DNA of 63,729 nt, the filler included, from Pelomyxa schiedti (Eukaryota; Protista; Evosea), in NCBI GenBank assembly GCA_020536535.1. It is 11 parts of 11 records of this genome, joined end to end, with 100 filler letters (N's around TTAATTAATTAA, not from the genome) between each part and the next. Parts side by side here need not be neighbours in the genome. Positions count along the whole stretch, not along the records: positions 48,054 to 50,931 come from JAHLWZ010001862.1; positions 51,032 to 54,226 come from JAHLWZ010001803.1; positions 54,327 to 58,774 come from JAHLWZ010001594.1; positions 58,875 to 60,956 come from JAHLWZ010002150.1; 7 more parts are not named here. One strand, 5' to 3'. A program made the translations under genes and the position numbers. Below, one piece after another: positions 48,054-59,068 of this stretch. Below the pieces are notes generated by a model. The model did not search any database. It saw nothing but the letters and a program-made list of their open reading frames with translations, and was not told where the DNA came from. How positions within the stretch are numbered: the first letter of the stretch is position 1; every line of letters begins with the position of its first letter.

Positions 48054-50931
48054 GTTGTGGTACAGAGTGAGCGATGTTCCCCTTGGAGCTGTGGCAGAAA
48101 TATGTTCACACATGATGCAAAAGACATTCCTCCACCAGGCATCACTATATTTTTTTGCCCCAGGTGCTCTGCACTCATCATTACAGCCTTTTGGTTCTTC
48201 ATCATCGTCAAGTACATCAGTTTGAAGCTACCAAAGCCTTGATCAAGGTAAAAGACCCTGCGTGGCAGATTGACAGCATTGCGTCCACGCCTTTTCTTGC
48301 TTGTGTCTGAGGCTAGTACTTTTGGAATATTGGCGGTGATATCTTCGGAATGTGGTGCTTCTTGTGCAGACCGCTTTTCCGGTTGTTGTTTATAAGATTG
48401 TCTAGTTCTCCACGAATTCATCAATGCAGGAGGTATGTATTTCTCTTCATACCATCGTGCATCTTTTGCTTTCCCGTGTCTCAACTTCACTAAATAGTAT
48501 ATTGTGCCATCTTGTTCCTTCTGATTTAGAACTCTTTCCATTACCGGTTCTTTCTGAACTCTTGGTGCTTCAATGCCTTGTGGATGTTTGGCTTGCTTTT
48601 GCAGTTCTGAGCTCTCGTAGTAAGGTTTGAGCTTATCCAGATGAAATATTTCATACTGATTCCCCACTGTTCCCAAATCTAGTTCTCTTGTTAACTCTGT
48701 GGGCTTTCCTACTACTCGGTAAGGGCCTTTCCATTTAGGCTGCATTGGCCTTTGTTCTCCTGGTGTAACTTTTACCCATACCCTTGTTCCTATCTCAAGG
48801 TTATCTCTCCTTTGTTTTAACCTTTTCTTCATCTCTTCTTGCTGTCTTTTCTTTTCCTTTTCTTGTTGAACTTTGACTATCTTCCTTATCTCTGTTCTGA
48901 CATGTAAAGTCTCTTCAATATATGGATGAACTGAAATATCTTCCTCTAGTGGTTCAGTACTTAGCATTTCTGTATCAACAGGTAACAATGGATCCCGCAT
49001 GTGGTCAAGGAAAAATGGGGTTTCTCCTGTCAATACAGCCATACTTGTGTTGATATCAAACTCTACCCAATGAAGGTTTTGTTTCCACGTCTCTGGATTC
49101 TTGATGATGTATTTGCTCATTACTCTCTTTACAGATTGGACTGCATTTTCAACTGCTCCATTACTTTGAGGCTGATAAGCTGTCACAGTGATCTTGTTCA
49201 TGCCCCAAGCTTGATAGAACTTCTCATTCAGCTCACTGATGAATTATGGATCGCGGTCACTGAGTAAATGTTTTGGGCATCCTTGATATCTTATCCATTC
49301 CTTTTCAATAGCTCGCAAAACTGTAGGTGTCTCCCTATCCTTCAATGCTTTCATCTTCACTAATCTGGTGTACAGGTCTACCATCAGTAAGACTACTGAA
49401 TGTCCTTCAGGGGATTTTGCTGTTGGGAAAAAGAAATCAATAGCCACATAATCTCCCGGGTATTGTGCGTAGATGCTCTTTGGTGTGTATGCTGGTCTGT
49501 ATCTACTGAATTGCTGACAAACTTCACAGTGTTTGACCCAATTCCTGACATCGGTCCACAGATCGGGCCACCAGTACTTTTGTGAGATAGCGAGGACCAT
49601 CTTAGCTTCACCTCTGTGGCCTCCTCCTTGTAGAGCATCATGGTATCCTCTTAGCACTTCTGCCTTCTCCTGATCAGTTTCCAGACAAAGTTTCATTACT
49701 CGACTTTGATTAGGATGCTTCAAGGGTCGTTGGAGCTTGTAGAGTCTTCCATCTTTGACAGTGAATAGCTCCTTAGCTGCAATGTATTTCCAAGCTTGCG
49801 TTGGTTCCATACCTTCTAGTGCTTGCTCTCCGCTAGTACACAAAGATTTCATCGTAGGTATGTAGTCTGGGTTTGATGGTGTCAATGTCATCGGTGCGAT
49901 GATGTAATGATGTGTTGATGGTTCCAATAAATACTTATCTTCAACAGTCTCTTCTTGTGCTGGCGCTCTAGTAAAGCCATCAGCCCAATTAAGAACTCCC
50001 GGTCTATGATGTACTTCAAAATCGAACTCTTGTAGTGCTAGTGCCCATCTCCCTAGCCTTGATTTTCCAGCTGTGGTCAAGAGTGAGGAGACTGCAGTTG
50101 CATCCAACAATAATGTGAAATGAACTCCCCAAATGTATGGTTCGAATTTCGTAATACAGAACAAAGCTGCAAGACATTCTTGTTCGGTAATATGGTAATT
50201 ACGCTCCGCTCCTTGCATCTTTCGGCTCACAAAAGAAATAGGCACGTAATCGCCATCTGCATCTTTTTGAAGCAATATTCCCCCAATCGTATGTGCAGAA
50301 GCATCAGGGATAATCGTGAATTCCTTACTCCAATCTGGATAGTGTAGAACTGGTGCTTTCATCAAGGCTCCCTTCAAACTTTCAAATGCCTTTTGATGTT
50401 CATACGTCCATTCCCAAGGTTTGTTCCTCTTTTTGAGTTCCTCCATAACCCATGCTTTTTCAGCGAACTGATCAATAAAACGTCGATAATAGCCAATGAG
50501 ACCTAAGAAGCTACGAACTTCTCTCACATTCTTTGGTGGAGTGAGATCTCGTACTGCTTGAACTTTTCTTGGATCAACTTCAATTCCTGTACTAGAGATG
50601 ATATGTCCAAGATATCGAAGTTTCTTCTTTGCAAACTGGCATTTGGCAATGCCTACTTGTAAACCTGCCTTTCTCAAACACTCAAAAACCTTATTTACCG
50701 TTACTAGATGTTCTTTCAAATTGCCTTTGGTGAACACGACAATATCATCGAGATATACCATCGCCGTTAAGGGTGATACACCACTTAACACAACGTTCAT
50801 CAACCGTTGAAAGGTTGCGGGCGCATTCACGAGCCCAAATGGCATCACTTTGAATTGATGCAGGCCACTTCTGGTTCGGAAACCGCTTCTTTCTTTTGCT
50901 GCATCGGTCATTCCGACCTGCCAATATCCAC
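48054..50931 (-). mobile_element. Ty3/Gypsy LTR-retrotransposon pol (RT, RNase H, integrase, chromodomain) with one nonsense codon
   Basis: GYWQV..MPFGLVNAPATFQR..YLDD; DASAHTIGGIL; HDALQGGGH..CEVC; VAIDFF, LSDRDP*, QSNGAVE; KWKGPYRV; YYLVKLRHG..DARW. In-frame TAA at 49244-49246. Both ends are cut by scaffold edges. Confidence 0.97.
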
Positions 50932-51031
50932 NNNNNNNNNNNNNNNNNNNNNNNNNNNNNNNNNNNNNNNNNNNNTTAATTAATTAANNNNNNNNNNNNN
51001 NNNNNNNNNNNNNNNNNNNNNNNNNNNNNNN
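50932..51031. other. Artificial scaffold-join spacer
   Basis: N44-TTAATTAATTAA-N44. Confidence 0.98.
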
Positions 51032-51689
51032 TCACCGCCCCGGGCAGTGCTTTTTCACAGCTTTTTGACTGGATCACCGCCCAAAAAAACGGGGCAGAGC
51101 CGTTTACAGGAACTTGATCGGGAAAAAAAATCACCGCCCATTGATCCAGATATGCTTCTTTGTCCTGAATGTAGAACTTGTTGCTTGTCTGCATCACCAA
51201 AAAGTGCTCATTGGCACCAAGCACTTTGCCAAGCCTTTTCGCCCACCACTTCATTTCATGAGTCAATGTCAGCAACAGTGGCGCCACACCAAACGTGATC
51301 ACCACATCATCTCCGGACTTAACTGTCCACATCACACAGTAGTACCTCGCATTTGCAATGATCCACGCCCACAGCACCCTCAACACCAAAGTGCTGTCAC
51401 CAGATCCACCACAACCCACCGTCATTTCCATTGGCATTGTTGATGCCATCCTCAGCACCACCAACAACAGCAGCGAACAACGCGCACCGCAGCGAGGGTG
51501 TGTGCCAACGACCAACGCCATCATCTGCTCCCTCGCTGTCCATTCCCTCGTTGTGGTTGCCTCCGTGTTATGTGACAATTGCACTGTGAGTGACAGGGGC
51601 TTCACTGTGACCACTCGGCCGATTTGTTTGTGCCTCCTCCTGGTCGCCGGTGCCGGGGTTGCTGTAGTGAGGTGGTGGCCATCGCACAC
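51032..51689 (-). CDS. Orphan protein with GTHPRCG motif (3' truncated)
   Basis: Long open frame to the scaffold edge with AREQMMALVVGTHPRCGARCSLL; true ATG uncertain. Confidence 0.55.
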
Positions 51690-51900
51690 AACTAAAATGA
51701 TGGTGATTCCTCAAACACTTTCTTCATTGAAGAGTGGAGGCCTAGCGTCGCTGGACAACAGTTACAATCAAAGGGCAGGAACACAGATAACACTGACCAA
51801 GTGTTGGTGGTCTTGTTTTGTTGTTTTTGCCTTCTTGAGTTTCAAGAACAACCTCCTCCCTGGGAGAGCGACCCACTGAATTCTGACAACTTCTTGGAAT

Positions 51901-54010
51901 TCAATGACACGTGATGCTGTGCCGTAGGTGATAAGGAAGGAGGGAACGAGACCAAGAGGAGGAACCGTTTCTCCAATAACCAGTTCCAGCCAGTTGGTCG
52001 GCCTTTGGCCACCCTCCCACAATCCTCTTCCCACAGTCTTTCCCCAGTGTGCACACCTGTAAGCAGTCAGTGTGGTAAAAGAAGATAAAATGATGAATGA
52101 AATCATTTACCAGGAGACCGTTGATGAACACAGAGTGGTCAGGCGACATTGGGCCACCTGACAGCTCAAAGTTGAACAGTTCATCGACAAACACTGTTCT
52201 CACTCTGGTGATCTCAAATGGGTGCTTCCACGTTCCGTCCTGTGGAAGTGTTGGTTGTGCAATTTTTTTTTTGTTGTTGTTTGGGGACACTTATGTACAC
52301 ACCATGAAAACGGGATGACCTGGAGTCAACCAAACACCAGCGACATTGCACATTGACAGAAGTTGGTTTACTTGTTTCTTCTCAACCTGGACCACTTTCT
52401 TGATTCCTGATTCCGTTTTGACCCAGTCCCCAATGTTGATGTCTCTCACACGTCTGTGTGTGTTGTTAGTGATTGAGGAATGGTTAAAGAGTGTACTTTT
52501 TGTGTCCACCTGCCATTGCCACAAAGCCATGGCCAGTGAAGCACTTGAGGAACTGCGGTCAATGTGTTAGTTGAGTGATACAGCCAGGTGATGACCTTTG
52601 ATTCCTCATTGTCATTCAATGTGCCAAATAAAGTTTCATGCAACCTAATGGCCATGAACCTTTCTTGTGGTGTGTGAAAGTATGCCCCACTTCTGAAAAA
52701 CGCAAAGCATTGGAGGTTCCCAACATTTCCAAGCTCTTTGTGGCATGTTCAATGTTGGAAAGAAAAAAGGGACCTGCTGATACCAACAGCGGTAACAAAG
52801 TCATCAAGAGCAACCCAGGGTCCAAAGTCATACAAAAGTGTGTATGCTGAGAGAACTATATTTTTGGTGATTAGTAAGAAAATGATAAAATTAAGTACTT
52901 GTTTAATAAATCAATGATAATGAAAGTTAGTGTATTTTTTGTCCAATTACCAGTGCAGAACGCCATTCCACTCTTATGCTCAACAGGGTTGAAGTTTCCA
53001 AATGCTAGTACCTGGAATTTATCCACTGATGTCAGCAATCGGTGCAAGGAATGCCAATAAGATTCTGTCAAGGAGGCCTCAAATTCAGTTTGCCTGGGCT
53101 CTCTCTGTAACCCATCGAGGTCAGAACAGTTGTTGAACCCCCTGCAGAGCATAAGTATGCTCACTAGGATGTCAGATCCCAGGACCAACAGTGGGCTGTC
53201 CTTCCCGGCGCGTGGATGAGCCCCACACAGAAATGCAATTGACCGTGATGCAGTTGTTTTGCACGATCCTGGTTTATGCCTAAATGAGATTAGGAAGGGA
53301 GCGAAGAAACACTCACTGAGTATCAGTTTCCAAGCGGGAGAATGTTTCATCAAAACCCGGGTTTGTTTTGGGAACCACTCCGACCATGCGTGCTTGCACG
53401 CGGCTGAAAGAAGAGCGACATCCCGACCTGAAGCCATGAGTCCCCTGGCCCACCCAACGCATTTTCTTTGCCGGAACCACTTGATCCTGCTTTCCACACA
53501 CTGAATTTCTGTTTCCTGTGAAATTGTTAATGCAGGAGGGATACTACCCAGTGCATACACATGCAGTGGGAAAAAAAAAAAAATAAAATAAAACATGCCC
53601 TAACAAGCCACTACATCCACATCGACACGTACAATCAGAGGAGGGAGCCCCGACGTGTTCGGCCTCATGCACTCTGGCTCCTCGTTATAAAGCCCAACCG
53701 TGGCGTCGTTGATCTCGGGCCTCGTCATGTGGAACCCCCTCATCGCCCCCTCCATCGCGGGGCCGTCCCCCCCCGTCAGCCCGGGCACCCGCTCCTCCGG
53801 CGCCCGCCACGCCCCGTCGGGGCCCCGCACCCCGCGGAACGGCGCGCGCTTGGTCCCGCGGTAGGGCCCCAGCAGCGACGTGTAGGAGCGCCCCTGCTCC
53901 TTGGACGTGCAGTAGGTGGCCATGCTGTGGGGGTTGGGCGCGGCCCACGGCGGCCCCCGCTCCAAGATGGCCGCGATGGCCTTTTTCCTGGCCTTGCTGC
54001 ACTCGCGCAT
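51901..54010 (-). CDS. Hint-domain (Vint-type) autoprocessing protein with uncharacterised N-terminal region
   Basis: Spliced C-terminus: ..NDNEESK|FLK-CFTGHGFVAMAGGHK|KRVRDINIGDWVKTESG..GVWLTPGHPVFM|DGTWKHP..LFNFEL..HSVFINGLL|VCTLG. The N-terminal region contains AFLCGAHPRAGKDSPLLVL. Confidence 0.82.
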
Positions 54011-54066
54011 CCGGCGCCACTCGTCCTGCTCGGCGGCGGGGGTCTCGCTGTCACACGCCTTGTGTT

Positions 54067-54226
54067 CGGTTCACTGGTTTCTTCTCGACTTTGACCACTT
54101 TCTTGATTCCCGATTCCGTTTTGACCCAGTCGCCTACGTTGATGTCACTCACACGCCTGTGCGTGTGTAGTTATTTGAAGAATGGCTGGTGAAAGAACAT
54201 ACGTTTTGTGTCCACTTGCCATTGCA
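54067..54226 (-). pseudogene. Truncated second copy of the Hint domain N-terminus
   Basis: AMASGHK|..RRVSDINVGDWVKTESGIKKVVKVEKKPVN is clearly paralogous to about 52360-52525, with an intron at the same position; it then switches abruptly to GC-rich sequence and stops. Confidence 0.85.
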
Positions 54227-54326
54227 NNNNNNNNNNNNNNNNNNNNNNNNNNNNNNNNNNNNNNNNNNNNTTAATTAATTAANNNNNNNNNNNNNNNNNN
54301 NNNNNNNNNNNNNNNNNNNNNNNNNN
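54227..54326. other. Artificial scaffold-join spacer
   Basis: N44-TTAATTAATTAA-N44. Confidence 0.98.
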
Positions 54327-54625
54327 ACTCCGTTTTAGAATCAAAAAGGAAAAAAAAATTCGGTTCGTTAGAAGTGTAGGGGGGAGGCTGTCGAATTTTT
54401 TCTAAGCTAAAACCTCGCGGTCTGGTATTGAAAAAATTTAGCCAATTACATCTGGTTGAAGCACAAAATGTGGGGCCCAATGGCACGTTCGCTCGGTCTC
54501 CGCTCCTCAAAAACGTGAAAGGTCATTGTGGGCGCTCTACGTGGTGATAGAGGGAATGTGATCCGACGAGAAGATACTGAAAAATCAACTGTTTTCTGGC
54601 AGGTAAAATCTTAGTGTTGGCTTTC

Positions 54626-56011
54626 TCACCAGGAAGCATCGCCATTAAGCACATCAAGAATAAAGGCGGCCCCAGTACATTTAGCAACGAGGTTGAGCCA
54701 ACAAGTGCGCTGTGCTTCAGTTTCATTTGGGCAGCCAGACAGTTCCATAACTTGCTTCATTCTTGGTGATTCGGCCAGAGTCTTTTTAACTGGTGGTTCT
54801 GGGAACGAAAAAGGCCTAGGAATTCCACCGAATGTCGCCATCATTGCCAACTGCTGCTGGAAGAGAAGTTGTTCCAGTTGTGGCAAAGTAGGCATTCCTG
54901 GGTTCAATCTGGAATCCATTGTAAAAGCCTGTACTTGTGCAGCTGGTACTTGCAGTGGTGCCGGTACTTGTACTTGTAGGGGTGGTGGCGGTACCGGTAA
55001 TTGTACTTGCGTTTGTTGTTCGTACACCGGTACTAGTATTGTGGCCGGTTTTGATGTCCAGGTTTCATCGGTTTCTGCTGTCGTCCACATGTGCCATCCC
55101 GGGGTTAGATCGTATTCCAGACGTGCTAATGGAACCCATGGAGGAGTTACTTCCAGGTATGACGGAGGAGGAAAAGGGGCGCCGCGGTCCACAACGCAGA
55201 ACCCCACTCTCATATCACCATCTGACACCTCTTCTTCTTTGTCCACTTCAAGGAAAGCCTTGCAGAACACAAGCACCTTCTGGGTTCGTGTTTGGCTAGC
55301 ATCAGCGGCATCAAACATAATGACTCCCGAGCATTTTTTCTTGCGGTTTTTGCTTTTCTCTCTCCGTCTCAGCACCAGTATTTTCTTATATAAAGCTTGC
55401 ATCCTCGCTTTTGACTCTGGGTCCAAATCTTGGTAGCACTGTTGTTCCTCATCCTGAGTCAATGCAACTGGTGCTGCAGCCCTTACTTCCAATTCCCACC
55501 TCTTTCTCTCTATGCGCGCTTCTGCTAATTCACGCAAGGCCTGCAGTTCGACCATTTCCCTTCCCATAAGCTCGCGCAGGAGTGCTTCGCCGCCGTCGCC
55601 ACCCTCGGACGCCGCTTTCCTCCTGTAGGTGATCTCGCGCCACGCAAATTGGAACTTGACGGCGAACAGTAGGCTCACCCTGGTGCACGCTTCCAAGCAC
55701 TTATGGGAGCACTGGGCGAACGGCAGCAGTAAGCTCGCGGACGGCGGTGGCTTGGCGCCCCAGCTCCGGCTAAGCGGCGGGACGAACGGGGGCAAGAGGA
55801 GCATTCCCACAATGGTGTCCAGCACCGACTGTGGCATAGTGTCCAGCCCACATACTACGGACGCGGCGGTGCTGTGGTCCGGCGCAGCAACCTCACGTAT
55901 GGGAGTACCCGCTGTCGTAGGAGTAGAATCTTCTTCTGCGCTTAGCGCGGACGAATGTTGTACAACCCTACGGCGCTTCGCCGTCGTTGGTTGAGAAACC
56001 TGTTCGGACAT
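54626..56011 (-). CDS. Hypothetical protein with NLS-like basic patch, F-box-like segment and possible C-terminal UBA-like helix
   Basis: 461-codon ORF with ATG. AKRRR; LDTMPQSVLDTIVGML (F-box-like spacing); MKQVMELSGCPNETEAQ (UBA-like). Domain calls are weak. Confidence 0.65.
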   Translation of the reverse strand: MSEQVSQPTTAKRRRVVQHSSALSAEEDSTPTTAGTPIREVAAPDHSTAASVVCGLDTMPQSVLDTIVGMLLLPPFVPPLSRSWGAKPPPSASLLLPFAQCSHKCLEACTRVSLLFAVKFQFAWREITYRRKAASEGGDGGEALLRELMGREMVELQALRELAEARIERKRWELEVRAAAPVALTQDEEQQCYQDLDPESKARMQALYKKILVLRRREKSKNRKKKCSGVIMFDAADASQTRTQKVLVFCKAFLEVDKEEEVSDGDMRVGFCVVDRGAPFPPPSYLEVTPPWVPLARLEYDLTPGWHMWTTAETDETWTSKPATILVPVYEQQTQVQLPVPPPPLQVQVPAPLQVPAAQVQAFTMDSRLNPGMPTLPQLEQLLFQQQLAMMATFGGIPRPFSFPEPPVKKTLAESPRMKQVMELSGCPNETEAQRTCWLNLVAKCTGAAFILDVLNGDASW

Positions 56012-56717
56012 TTCGTTTCATATGAAATCCGTCAAAAGTTTTTTTTGCTTTAATTCCTGTTGGATAACAGTAAGTTCTGTTGCACGTGACCACTCGAGTT
56101 GGGGCCTGAATCTCCAGGGGTCCTTGAGATGATTCTAACCGGTGGAAAATGCGAAACGCCGAGGAGCGTCTGAGGGGTGGTAGGGAGCCCCAGTGAACCA
56201 CCACACACACACAAAAAAAAAAAAATAGGTCAGACCTCCACACAAGCCATCCCCATTAGTAGACCATTTGGTTGGCATCCAATTGGGCATGGGGAACGAT
56301 CTTCACAAGTTCACGCTCTGACTTGCGGGAATCAATGGCGGTCATCATCCCTATTTCACTTATGGACTTATTACTTGGATTCGGCACAATACTCCAGAAA
56401 TGATCTTGAGAGTATGTCCAGAAGCTGTTTTCTCGCATTGGCTTTTTCTTTTTCGAAATTTGTCCCGTGCAGCATTATGGGTGTTTAAAAAAAACAAAAC
56501 GAAATACCAGTCATGGGTACTGCCTGGGACCAACAACCTCCAATTCACAATAGAGGTGGAAAACTTACGGGCAGGCTGTGGTTCGAGATCAACATCAGAG
56601 TTGAGACCCCAATCCCCCAATAGATGCAAAAAAAAAAACAGAACAACAATCTTCTTCTTGTTCGTTTTCTTTTTACACAAAACAACGGTTGTGTTTCTGT
56701 TGGGCCTGTGTGGTAGA

Positions 56718-57591
56718 ATGACGAACGTCGGCGTCGTTGTCTTATCGGTGGTTTTGTTGTCCACAGTGTGCCACGCAATATGGGAGAATGTGGGCGTATA
56801 CAACGACGATTGTAATTTTTTTTATTTTTGCTTTTTGTAAATGTAACGGTCTATTAACCATCACCCCCTTTAGCATGTGCTACTGATGTCGGTATGAAGT
56901 TCGGGTGGGACTTGTTGCCGGCCGATTGTATGGAAATTGATTGCTCAGTCTACCCTGGATTTTTGGCTGAGTGCAAGTCTAACCCAGAATACCCAACCTC
57001 TGGCGGGTTAGTATTTTCATTACTTTGTTTTTGCCTGCGATTGCTAACAAAACTCAGTGTTCTTCTCAAGGCCTACACTGATTCTTCTTGCTCCGAGGTT
57101 ATTGGTGTGTATACATGCCTTGCACATTAATAGTTTGACACTCGAACAGCACAGTACTTCTGGATTCAAACAGGGTGCAACTTTGGTTATTACATGAAGT
57201 GTGAGGGAGACACAGTACTGGCAGCTGATTGTGCCTATTCCCCCGGCTGTGATTTAGACCAGTGCAACTATACTATCAACTATCCAGTGAACCAGTGTGA
57301 CTATGTGAGTGATGGACTCTACGCCACCATCGAATGCCAATCTGTATGTTTCTCCCAACAACAGGAAAAAGGGTGGGGTGGTCACCTCTTTTCTTTCTAA
57401 CCATTCCCCTGCAGCAGCAAGATAATGGCCTCAGTGCCGGGGCCACAGTCGGCATTGTCATTAGTGTTATTTGCATTCTGGGAGCTGCAGCTGGAGGTGC
57501 CATTGGAGCCGTGTGGTTCTTCATGTATCGTAAACCAACTACCTATGCCCCAGTATCCCAGACAGAGACCAGTGTCCAGACAGCAGAGTAA
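56718..57591 (+). CDS. Type I membrane protein with cysteine-rich ectodomain
   Basis: Signal peptide MTNVGVVVLSVVLLSTVCHA, Cys-rich exons, TM LSAGATVGIVISVICILGAAAGGAIGAVWFF, short cytoplasmic tail with YAPV. Confidence 0.8.
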
Positions 57592-57779
57592 AAAGAAAGA
57601 AATATTTATGTGGGGGTTGCCCTCCACTAGTCTATACCCTTAAAAAAAGTTTGTGTGCAACGGAACAGGTCAATGGTTGTGGTGCTGTTGGGTGGAAAAG
57701 GAATTGGTAGGGGTGCTTAGAATAGGGGGTATTTTTAGTCTGAGGAGGTCCCTGGAATTGGGTGAGAAGAAAAAAAGCT

Positions 57780-58774
57780 TCTGAAAGGGAAAAAAAACCT
57801 GAACTCCGTTGCATCTTGATCTGGAAGTAATATGGGACGTTTAAATGGCCTTTCTCTTCCACCAAACCTAAGCTGTCCTGATTCCTTTTTCCCGCCAAGC
57901 CCGCCACCTTTGTATGTTACTGATGTTATCATAGAGACGAATTACTACCTAATCGTCGTGGAACCCAGCCGGGCATTGTGCGTGCTCTCTCATAGTCAAC
58001 AATGATTTGATAGCCGTCAATAAGAAGGTGATGACAATGCTTGAAGGCCACCTCTCATTTCAACAATTCGTTTTTTAGTAGTTTCCATACCAAAAAGGCT
58101 GTATTAAGGTCTCGCAGATCGGAAAACGTGACAAATGCATATCGTTTGGAAATCCCAGTCACTGTGTGACATCAGTGTTGCAAGGGGTGAAAGTTGAGTT
58201 CGCGGCACACACCAATGTCTCTGACAAGATGAACACTGCTAATTCTTCCAAACTGGCCAAATATTTGCTTTAGCTCAGGTTCACCAGTGTGAGGGCTCAG
58301 CCGGCCAACAAAAAGAGTCAAGTAAGCCTCGGGCTCTTTACACCAAGCAGTCTGTTGACCCCGCGTTCTATCGACATCTCTGTCTGCCTCATCACTTCCA
58401 CTTTCTCTTCTTCCTCGCCTTCTTCCATCCCCGTCCCTATCTCCATCTCTATCTCTATCCCTCTCCCGAGAGCTATTTCTATCCCTATCCCTACACCTAT
58501 ACCTGTCCCTATCCCGAGCTCTGCTGTCTCTGTTTTTGTCTCTGTCACTGTCTCTGCTGCGCATATAGTGCGATGTTGTCGGTGTGGTATCGGCGCTCTC
58601 CCGCAACGCCTGTGCCCTTTCGTATTCCTTCCGGGTAAAACAAGTCCCTGTCGCGATGTGAGGTCAACACACACCACACCACACCACACCACACCACACC
58701 ACACCACACCACACCACACCACACCACACCACACCACACCACACCACACCACAGAAGATACTGGGGTCAAGGTA
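57780..58774 (-). CDS. SNRNP35: U11/U12 snRNP 35 kDa protein (minor spliceosome), 5' truncated
   Basis: [15 protein letters not shown]|[28 protein letters not shown]|[25 protein letters not shown]. The [13 protein letters not shown] motif distinguishes U11-35K from U1-70K. Confidence 0.9.
58671..58753 (+). repeat. Pentanucleotide microsatellite (ACACC)16 in an SNRNP35 intron
   Basis: Directly visible. Confidence 0.97.
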
Positions 58775-58874
58775 NNNNNNNNNNNNNNNNNNNNNNNNNN
58801 NNNNNNNNNNNNNNNNNNTTAATTAATTAANNNNNNNNNNNNNNNNNNNNNNNNNNNNNNNNNNNNNNNNNNNN
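58775..58874. other. Artificial scaffold-join spacer
   Basis: N44-TTAATTAATTAA-N44. Confidence 0.98.
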
Positions 58875-59068
58875 ACCACCAACACTTCCCAACAAAGCAC
58901 ATGCACCGGCAACACTCAACAACAAGGATCAAACACTACAACAACACACCCACAAACAGCCACTGATAACAAATCAAATTAAATAAATACTACAAGGGTA
59001 CAAGCCCTCTATCTCTTTCTTTATAAAAAAAAAACCAACGTTCAAAAGAATAGATAAACAACAAGCAC

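Noticed and set aside
56330-56620. Possible small spliced gene on the minus strand (..LHGTNFEKEKANARKQLLDILSRSF..)
   Set aside because: I could not build a consistent start and acceptor set, and it would overlap the promoter of the adjacent gene. It is left unannotated pending RNA-seq.
58671-58753. (ACACC)16 as a telomere seed or coding repeat (VVWCG / HHTTP ORFs)
   Set aside because: It lies within a GT..AG intron of SNRNP35; the repeat-peptide ORFs are incidental.
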